Below are positions 50,101-60,000 of a DNA stretch of 64,000 nt, piece by piece (the first letter of the stretch is position 1; each line of letters begins with the position of its first letter). The notes beneath the pieces are model-generated. The model did not search any database. It saw only the letters and a list, made by a program, of their open reading frames with translations, and was not told the origin of the DNA. The stretch covers positions 11,839 to 75,838 of the forward strand of contig NMRA01000311.1 in the NCBI GenBank assembly GCA_002633005.1. Direction: 5' to 3'. The position numbers and the translations under genes were made by a program. This DNA comes from Phoronis australis (taxonomy: Eukaryota; Animalia; Phoronida).

Positions 50101-52179
50101 GGGACACAAATCTTACAAATTTCACCATATATCTTCATTTTGCAAGTGTCACGTGCCTAGTCACACGCTTCGCTCATTTTTAGGTAGAAAATGCATTTTT
50201 GACGAGGTGAAAACCTCTTATTTGGTGACCAGATTTGGACTACCACCCATTTAAAATACATTAAATGATATAAGTACAGAAAGTGATGGGAAGTATTGTA
50301 GCCGCTTATAGTTAGCCGAGGGCCGCTACATGTTGCCTACCTTTCACATTAAGTTGCACTTTCATATAAATTCTGTGGTTACCGTATTTCCGGAAAAAAT
50401 GTTCATTGTAATAAAACATATTTTCTTGGATACCAACTGGTGTTAACTAAGAGCAAATTGATACATGATAGGAGACAACTCGCATGGTACATGAAAATGT
50501 ACATCAAAATCAACACCCCACAACTCAACTCAGTGTTTCCTGAAATTGAATTTAGGAATTTTCAGTGTTATTTAATGAACATTTCTGTTTCAAATTTGTG
50601 TATTTTTTTCAATTTAAATATAAACTTGCCAGTTGCATGCATCAGCAGTAGTACTTGCTGAGCCCACCCCACCGGGGAATTGAGCCGGCGTCCTTAACTG
50701 CTAGATATTGTGTCTTCCGTGTATTCAGTTTTTACGTTTTCCTTATTACAGGGTGCCAGTTGGAAGTCAATAACCAGGACAGCTTTCTTCTCACGTAACA
50801 AAGATGAACACAAGTCTGGAGAACAACTATTGGACGAGGTGGACTTGGCCGTACTTCAGAAGAAGACGACGAGTGACGCTTTACAATACTTGAAAAGGAA
50901 AACGTAATCACTTTCATAGCACTTCAGAAAATTTCATTTCCTTGTCGTCCTTCTCAGTTATTAATATTTTTCTCAAGTGGAATTACTGGTGTCATCCAGG
51001 GCATTCAAAAGGCATTTCTTTAAACCTCTTTGATGACGGTTTGTGCAGCATAAACACAAAGTCTGACTGTTCTCACACCCAGCTATGCCTTGGACTTGAC
51101 TCATTTATTGACTCACTTAGAACCTTTCGTTTCAGTTCTGCGAATACAGTTAAAGGCTACACCCCTCCGTCGGATGCTGAGAGCACTATATTCAACATAA
51201 CTCAAGATTTGTGTGGCAAGCTAGGAAACTGGAAGGCTGTGTCGTTGACAGATAGGAGACTTAAGTACAAGGTAGACACTAATAGCACAAACTTTCTCCT
51301 AAATGCCCACCACGGCACCGGGTATTCAACATTTTCACATTTTGTCCCTCATTTTCTGCCATACTTGACTTCATGTTCTCCCTATTTTTGATTATCTCAA
51401 TTTTAACGCCCTTGAAATTGAAGAGGCAGTAATAGTTATTTATTAGTTTGCTGATTTTGTCATCTGTTAAACATTATGGTGGATCGCTGCCAGAAGTGCC
51501 ACAAAGTAGTCAGTAAACCTGAATACAAATAGGGCTGGAAGCCTTTTTATTGAAAATGTTCATTGGATTTAATACGATACATATAACATTGCACATTAAA
51601 TATCGACTCGCACATGCTCAAATTATGGTTGCATGAGGAAATACATCCGCAAAAATTGGTATGGTGAATATAACTGCACCGAAATCAAGCCCTTCAAATG
51701 TACTTTATAATATTCACTTGAAGATTCAACGTTTTATTGTTCTGCTCGTCACACTGCCATTTACATTTTTCACCTTGTTGTTAGCTTATGAACTAAGGCA
51801 TTCACAGGACTCCTAGGATGGCAGAGGCAGGCCTTAAATGCACATAATAAAATTCACGTTTTTTCAGCTGTTGACCAGGTGCATGGAAAGTTTCAACCAC
51901 AGCATTCCAAACACAGACTTGTTGGATATGAAAACCGTTGATGACGTGGTCAACTTCTTTAATACAAGAACAAAGGCTACGACAGCGTACGAGGACCTTG
52001 GGCAATCAGAGCTGCCTAAAAATGTACACTTACAGATGGAGCCGCTGAGATTTGACCCAGAAACAGACACATTTTTCGGTGGTGTGACAGCTTTCCCTGG
52101 TGTTGATACCAAAGTTACTAGCATTAAATACAAGAAGAAGTATAAATCAATGAAAGCAAAGCAATGGAAGACTGGATAA
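47127..52179 (+). CDS. MRPL50: 39S mitochondrial ribosomal protein L50 (mL50), whole gene: join(47127-47183,50752-50903,51136-51271,51868-52179), 218 aa
   Basis: Phases are consistent (657 nt). Basic N-terminus MAASFSK; YTPP; IPNTDLLDMKTVDDVVNFF; LPKNVHL...RFDPETDTFFGGVTAFP resembles invertebrate mL50. Confidence 0.88.
47360..49031. mobile_element. Non-autonomous TTAA-specific DNA transposon (Kolobok-like), about 1.67 kb, in MRPL50 intron 1
   Basis: TTAA on both sides; TIR AGGAG(A/C)ATGCCACCC, 14/15 match; internal ORF remnant 47565-47975(-). Confidence 0.8.
49327..50019 (+). mobile_element. Dispersed repeat, copy 1 (probable non-autonomous DNA transposon)
   Basis: About 600 bp align by eye with 62998-63592; imperfect CAGCT..GYACC terminal inverted ends. 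Confidence 0.65.
50752..50903 (+). CDS. MRPL50: MRPL50 exon 2
   Basis: ttacag acceptor, gtaatc donor. Confidence 0.82.
51136..51271 (+). CDS. MRPL50: MRPL50 exon 3 (SANTVKGYTPPSD...LKYK)
   Basis: tttcag acceptor, gtagac donor. Confidence 0.88.
51868..52179 (+). CDS. MRPL50: MRPL50 exon 4, terminal
   Basis: ttttcag acceptor, conserved core, TAA stop. Confidence 0.9.
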   Translation: MLTRCMESFNHSIPNTDLLDMKTVDDVVNFFNTRTKATTAYEDLGQSELPKNVHLQMEPLRFDPETDTFFGGVTAFPGVDTKVTSIKYKKKYKSMKAKQWKTG

Positions 52180-53899
52180 CTAGTGACACGTGTGTCGCAA
52201 ATTGATTACAACAATTATTTATCCTTGGGTAACTTTATTGCACATTACAAATATACACATTTTTACCCTCTGAACTTAATTTCACATTTACAACACAAAG
52301 ACATGATCTTGATATTTACAAATCTTACACATGGCCACAATTTACAAACAACAGCTCCTGCCAAAACCCCCAGGGTGCATCACCTGAGTGCTTTCAATTC
52401 TCCACTTAAGTCCTGAACAATCAGGATTTGCCTAAACCTAATGAACTCACGGAACCAGGTCTTGATTGAAATCACAATTTTCCTACCACATTGATTGTAA
52501 TGAATTTAAAGTCATTATGTTGTAGTGGTTACAATTTGTTACTTGGGTCAGAAAATATGCGGTCAGAACCAGCAAAACTTCTGAATTTTGATTTCTATCA
52601 CACTGCTCTGCTTCAACAATGAATTTCCCATCAGAGCTGCAAGTAATATGAGATGGGGTTACATCAGTTTGAGTTCAGGCAAATGGTTTTGGCCTATGCA
52701 ACAACGACTTGGTTCTACGGTAAATTACAAGCTACTCCCAAAGTATAGAATGGTCGACACAAAGCTGAGTATACACACTGAAAGCACTGTTGAAAATAAT
52801 TTGCTCCTACCATAAATCTTGGCTATCAAATGACAAAAAAATTGGGAATGGTTTTGCAAAGTTGGCAATCTGTGAGTTGGAATATAAATAAGATACAGAT
52901 GGTAGTGTTTACAATTTTCAGGTTGGAAGCCCCCTTTACCTTTGTCTCATTTATGTAAACTCGGACAAATGAATTCATATATCAAGCAATGGTAATTTTT
53001 CACCCATTTAGCTCACAATGCAGCCATAAAGTGAAATTCAATTTTGTTAAATTTCTTCTCAAAAATAAAGACTAAAAATTTCCCAACAAAAAAGACAATT
53101 TTTGCTTTAATAGAACGGACATCATCAAATGAAATTTGCATAAATTTTGAGAAATAGCCGCTAAGTTGGACAGCTATTGAAAAGCGAGTTTCCTCCATCA
53201 CATTTGTCTCGAATCAAAAAGCTTTTGCAGTAATGTGATTCGACAGTTGTCAGCTCAATTCTCGGCTCCAAAATCAACCAGCACTCGCCAGTCAACCTGC
53301 TTGAACATTATATTACCATCACTAGACAAACTCCTTCGTGAACAACTAAAAGTTACAAAGCCTGAATGATGCAAGAATAGAGGTTTGACAGATATGTGTA
53401 TGCCACTTGCACAAAATAAACTCACATCATGGCAAATCATGAGCTGCAATATCTACTTAATTTTGGGGCAAAAAGTATTGCCAAAATTGTTTTGTTCACT
53501 TTTTCAAGGTCTAACACTATTGTGAATGCCTATAATTTCTCAAATGTCTGATTCTAGCTATGGCAAAAAGTTTTTAAGTTGTAAAGCATTAATTTGATTC
53601 TTCTTTTACAACTGAAAGACAATGAGACAATGAAATTTCATTTGTCAGCCAAATTGTGTCCTAAATTGGTGAAATTTTACTGCACACAAAAACACCCTTA
53701 ATGTACACTTTACATTCACCTATAAATTTCAACTCGTCCTGCAGCAAATTATTGACACACAGCTAGAAAATATCACCATTCTACCTGTTAGTAGCATGTA
53801 AAACAGTTTGGCTACAACTTCTCCCACAATACACTGAATATTGCTGGGTTTTAAGAAGCTCTCAAAAACCTGTGGGTCACATGGTTCAGTGTCATATGA

Positions 53900-54025
53900 T
53901 CAACACAGGTCTAATTCTTCTTCGTTGTCGTCTGCTGCTGGCTCAGTGCTGCCACCTGATGGATCGTTAACGACTGCACTACCTCCGCCACCAGGTACCT
54001 TTAGATCTCTCGCTAACTTGGCAAA
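53900..54025 (-). CDS. NAPG: NAPG terminal exon (FAKLARDLKVPGG...EEELDLC*)
   Basis: tctag acceptor, TGA stop. Confidence 0.92.
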   Translation of the reverse strand, partial: FAKLARDLKVPGGGGSAVVNDPSGGSTEPAADDNEEELDLC

Positions 54026-57000
54026 CTAGATGCAAACAACACAAGTTGCATTACTGGCAGTCAAAGGGCACTGAATTCATTAATTATGATGATTAAAGGT
54101 AAGTACCAACTTGTGTATAAGCTTTTATTATTAAAATGAATTATTCACACATTGCATAAAATCATATTTAGTGTTATTGTTACTCTTAACAATTCTTTAA
54201 ACATACCAATGTGCCACAAACACAAATTGTGACTTAGACTTGGACTATGTGGCAAAACTTTATCAACCATTATCAGACCTTTTGGTTTTCTACCCTTTTA
54301 GATTACATATTTTTCGTCGGTGTGTAGGTCGACTCGCATGACATTTCGCACACTTTTTTAACGGCCTGTGGAACCATGCCTCACTGTTCAAAAATAGACA
54401 TCTTCAGTCAAAAATGATGTAATGGGATGTTGATTTAAATGGGAATTTTAACATCTCAGTTGTTGAAAGGAAAATCAAATTTTGAGTCGTGGCACCCTGA
54501 ACATTGCCTGTAAGAACATGAAATTAACTACAATGTAGATTTATTAGAACTTCAAGTTGCAACGACACTTTCATATAACAATGGCAACACGGTGATGTAA
54601 ATGAAACTGTTAACCATAGTTTTGCTCAAAAAGTTATTATACTGAGATATACAATATTTTTAGTAAATGTTCTAGACAAAATGTCATGCCAAGTAGAGTA
54701 ATTTTCAAATGACGCTGAATTTCATCGAAATTCGTTAGATGACGAGAATCCAAAAGGAAACTAAAATCAGACTAAATCAATCAAAAAGTATCTGAACATT
54801 TTGGCCCTAAAATTTCACCAATCTTCGGGAGAGAAATTTTTGTCAACTTTTTTGAAAACTAAAATAACTCAAAAATGATAGCGATATAACAGAAACATTT
54901 TTGCATGATTTAATACATACGTCATTGTCAAGATGTTTAAAAAACGGCTTCCTCAATAGTCCTGAGGCAGTGTCTTCATCACACTGATCATATGCGTCAA
55001 GAAGCTGAGACAGGATCATGCACTCCTCGCTGTCACCAAAGTTGGGATAGCTGTAATAAAAATGTATTGTGCTCTGTTTCATGAATGTGATCGAGTCATG
55101 CGACAGGAAGTTGGTCTTACACTCTCACTAAACAATTACACTAGACGCAAGCTACAGAAACTTTGTCTCACCAGGCACAGAAAGCAATTCAATTAAACGT
55201 TTTCAGTCAAAATGTGGACTACTTTCACCGAAAATTGCACTCAAGATTTTTGATAAAATGGTATACCCAATCATTAGCTATGGAAGTGAGATTTGGGGAT
55301 TTAAAAAATATTCTAGTATCGAGCGCATCCAATTGAAATTCTGTAAGCAACTGCTGGGTGTTGGAAGTAACTGTCCAAATCATGCTGTCCTGGGAGAACT
55401 GGGAAGGTATCCAATTTATGTAAAGTTGTTTGTTAAACTGATCAAGTATTGGTTTAAATTGTTAAAAATGCCAGCACATCGAAATCCAAAATCTGTCTAT
55501 GACAAGCTTGTCATACTGGATGAGGTTGGTAGGAGAAATTGGGCTTCATCTGTTAGGAATGTTCTGCAAAGGTATGGTTTTGGATTGGTATGGTACAATC
55601 GGGGAGTTGGCTGCATCTTTTCTTGTCCTTTTTGAGCAGCGAATTAAAGATTGTTTTTTAGAAGACTGGAGCTTTGCTGTGGAGAATAGCTCAAAACTTA
55701 ATACATATTCCTCATTTAAAATTGATTTTGAAATGGAATCCTATCTGTTGCGTGATATTCAATGTATCTTTTAGCAGCTATGGCTAAATTACGTTGCTCC
55801 AACCATAACTTGATGATAGAGAAAGGTAGACATACTCTTGTGGACCAAAAATACCGTGTATGTTGTTCCTGTGTGTCCCTAATTGAAGATGAATACCATT
55901 TCATATGTGTTTGTAAAAAGCACTTTTTCTCTGAGAACTGCATCTACACCTGAGTGGTGCTGGCGTGAACCAAATAAACATAAATTTGTAAAGCTAATGA
56001 AAATGTGGGAGCCTATTGCTCAGATTAATCTAATGAAATTTGTATTTCACGTCACTGCTCTCAGGGAAAAGCTGCTCGGCGTTATCCTGTAAATTTTATG
56101 TAACGTGTGGGCAAGGGCTTAAATGTTGAAAATACATGAATGAATGAATTACACTAGATCAGCTGCTGTACACTGAGAGTTACATGCTAACATTACACTA
56201 GATCAACAGCTCTACATTGAGAGTTACATGCTAACAATACACTAGATCAACAGCTCTACATTGTCCATGAGTTAGAATCTGAATGCAAGGTGTGATAGTG
56301 ACATAATTCTAGTACACCCGTTGACCTGTGTTAAGCAATCTCAGCACGTCATTGAAAATCTTTATGTACCAATGATGAGGGGTACATTCTCTAAATTATC
56401 CCTGCACAGGTAAATGTTATGTTTGCAAAAGCAGTTATCAAGTCAATAAAGATGTTGCGTAAGTGTCCTGGTATTAGCCCATGTGCTTCAACAAGGAGAT
56501 CAAGATATATGAAAGTGAACGTATACATGGATGGGCCTGTATTGGACATTCCTGCATATGCCCATGGACTTCTACATGAAATGCAGTGACAAGAAATGCA
56601 CCCAATGAACCTAGAATATAAATCCTGCTTCATCCGAATGCACTTGCAATTCTGCTAATTCTCCAATTATTTTGCACAAAAATAATTGCCAAAACTGTAT
56701 TTTTACAATTTTCAAATGCCAAAATTAAGGAAACGTTTAACTAAATGTTCTTTTCGACGTATACACAATGCAAATTATGCTAGAAATAATAATTTCTTTT
56801 TTTTAAAGTAGTGAACGTGGGTTTCTAAATGAGTCCACCAAAACCAAATATGCTTTGTTAGCTTCACCATGCAGCTTACAGCTACTGTAAAATTTCCAGC
56901 ATTTTAGCGATGCAACGACTTTTTGAAAACAGTCATTTTTGTTTCAATTTGAAAAATGTTGACACAAAAGAATGCCTGCAGCGCTGACTCTTACCACATT

Positions 57001-60000
57001 GCTGCCGAGACCTGCTTATTGGCTGCCACATAATCTCCTCTGGTCAAATGAACCAGCACCAGTCCTACGACTATCTTATTGATCAACTCATAGTTCTCAT
57101 CCGCCGCATTCAGGCTAATCTCCTTCTGAAGACCCACCACTGCCTCTTCTAACCTGTGTGAGACGGAAACGAATTCAAAATCAAGATGTTTTAAATATAT
57201 CTGTATTCGTGACAATCATAATTGTAATATCAAGAGAATGAAAAACACTGAAGCTTGGCAATGAATCGAGAAATGCAAATGACATTCGATTATTTTGTTT
57301 ACGAAATCCATTTAAAGTGACACAGAACCTGAGCTTTCTTTAAAAAAGCAAGTTTTAATTTAGTCCACTGGTTGTTATAAAATTGGCCTCAACTCTGGTC
57401 CCACTTTAACCTGACATTTCATCACCTTGGTCCAAAGATAATAGTCAATACTTTCCAAGCTCACAAATCACACATATTTGTTTATTTTGACTTGGTAATG
57501 GTAAGTAGCTTAAATCAAAACATTTGTGACAGAAAGCATAGCTTTACTGCTACTTGAGATTCTTGAACATCACATTCAACCCGTTTCTATTCCATTGCAT
57601 CCAAACGCCACACAATGGAGGGTGTAAAATGTTCTGATGCTTAAATTTACCAGATGTTCTATGGAAACAACTATAGTGTCGTAAATCGCGCTCGAACACG
57701 ACACCGATTTTTTTTTAACGTTATTTTTGTATAGAAGTTTGGCAAGATAAAATTCTGCCCCATTTCCTGTCTCAAACTGAGAAGTTAACCATTGCATAAC
57801 TTTATTCATTACAATAAAATTTCACTTGCTGACGATTAAAATTAGATAGACAGGAAAAACTTATATTACGAAGTACCGAATTCTAACTTTCAATCACTGT
57901 ACTAGAAAGAGAGGATAAACTTGCCTTTTTAACCTTATCAATAACCTTGAGTACTGTCGTATAAAATCAGCAGCCTGCCGGGGGCGCTCTTCACACTGTT
58001 AAAACATAATACCATACAATCTAACACATAAATAATATATTAACACATTACTTTGAGCCGTCTACAATGACTCGGCTTGAGTTAGTAGATAATTGTGAAA
58101 ACTTACTTTAAAAAGTAACAGTCCGATTTAGTAGCTGACAATTAATTTAACAAGAAAATGATAAAGTTTCAAACAATTCAGCAATATCAGAAGCAACAGA
58201 CCTTTTCAGAATTATTACCAGATTTTAAATTATTTCAACAGAAATATTTTTCAACATCACAAATGACTGAGAGTAAGAATCAGGTGATTTTGTTGTTTGA
58301 AGAAGTAAGCATCTAAAAACACAACACCACTGACCCAATTTTCAAAGAAGATGCCAGAACCAATGGTTTTTTGACCTTACTCCCGAAACGCCAGCTCACA
58401 TCATCTCACCATACTCACCTTACTGAACGCAGGCCAATTTTGATAGTTTTAATATCATGAATTCACCGACTTGAGCACAAGAGCGTTCTAAAGCTCAGTG
58501 TTCCTATACGTGTTTCACTGTACCTGTACAACATCAGCAGCTCTCTTATACAACAGTACGGCTCGCTCAGGACATGTCTTCTCTAGCATTCTGGTGAGAA
58601 GAAAAGTACACGCACCATTGGTATTAATGAAACTGATGAGAATAAGAGTACACGCACCATTAGTATTTATGAAACTGATGAGAATAAGAGTACACGCACC
58701 ATTAGTATTAATGAAACTGATGAGAATAAGAGTACACACACCATTAATATTAATGTGACTGATGAGAATAAGAGTACACGCACCATTAGTATTAATGTGA
58801 CTGATGAGAATAAGAGTACACGCACCATTAGTATTAATGAAACTGATGAGAATAGTACACGCACCATTAGGCATCATTAATGGAACTGATGAGAATAAGA
58901 CTTCAAGCACAATTAGTATTAATGTAAATGATCAGAATAAGAGTACACGCACCATTAGTATTAATGAAACTGATGAGAATAGTACACGCACCATTAGGCA
59001 GCATAAATGTAACTGATGAGAACATTAGTACTAATGAAACTGATGAGAATAAGAGTACACGTACCATTAGGCATCATTAATGAAACTGATGAGAATAAGA
59101 CTTCAAGCACAATTAGTAATAATGTAAATGATCAGAATAAGAGTACACACACCATTAGGCAGCATAAATGTAACTGATGAGAATAAGACTTCAAGCACAA
59201 TTAGTATTAATGTAACTGATGAGAATAAGAGTACACACACCATTAGTATAATGAAAGTGATGTGGTAAGTCTCATGACTTACATGAAAGGATTTTTAAAC
59301 AATGAACACAAAACACAAAATTTGCANAGCATAAATGTAACTGATGAGAACATTAGTACTAATGAAACTGATGAGAATAGTACACGTACCATTAGGCATC
59401 ATTAATGAAACTGATGAGAATAAGACTTCAAGCACAATTAGTAATAATGTAAATGATCAGAATAAGAGTACACACACCATTAGGCAGCATAAATGTAACT
59501 GATGAGAATAAGACTTCAAGCACAATTAGTATTAATGTAACTGATGAGAATAAGAGTACACACACCATTAGTATAATGAAAGTGATGTGGTAAGTCTCAT
59601 GACTTACATGAAAGGATTTTTAAACAATGAACACAAAACACAAAATTTGCAGTATCTTGGCCACCGTATTAACAATAATGTGTTAAAATATGTCAGCACT
59701 GAATTGTCCATGTTCAAATAATTTCATAACAGGAGGTGATCAAGGACATGCTGTGTAGACACGTAAAAGTGAACAGCTGAAACATTTTAGTGAACAATCA
59801 GTTCAGTTGGATAAAAATAAACAATCTTGAATTCACAAGGGTTTGAACAGATGTCTAAAATAATATAATATATTCTATCCCCAACAAAATGAAACACAAA
59901 CCACATTTAGATCACTCACATTACACACAGCTTTCTACATTAGTGACCAAAATCCACTTACTTTCCCGCTTTCTCTAAAGAGAGTGCCGCTGTATCTTGT

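Noticed and set aside
58591-59250. CTGATGA...GAAA in each unit resembling a hammerhead ribozyme core on the plus strand
   Set aside because: Stem II does not close before GAAA and no stems I/III or cleavage triplet can be formed.
59000-59651. Duplication of about 325 bp inside the 42-bp array
   Set aside because: The copies meet at the N at 59327, so this is probably an assembly overlap. It inflates the distal array but does not affect the proximal in-frame units.
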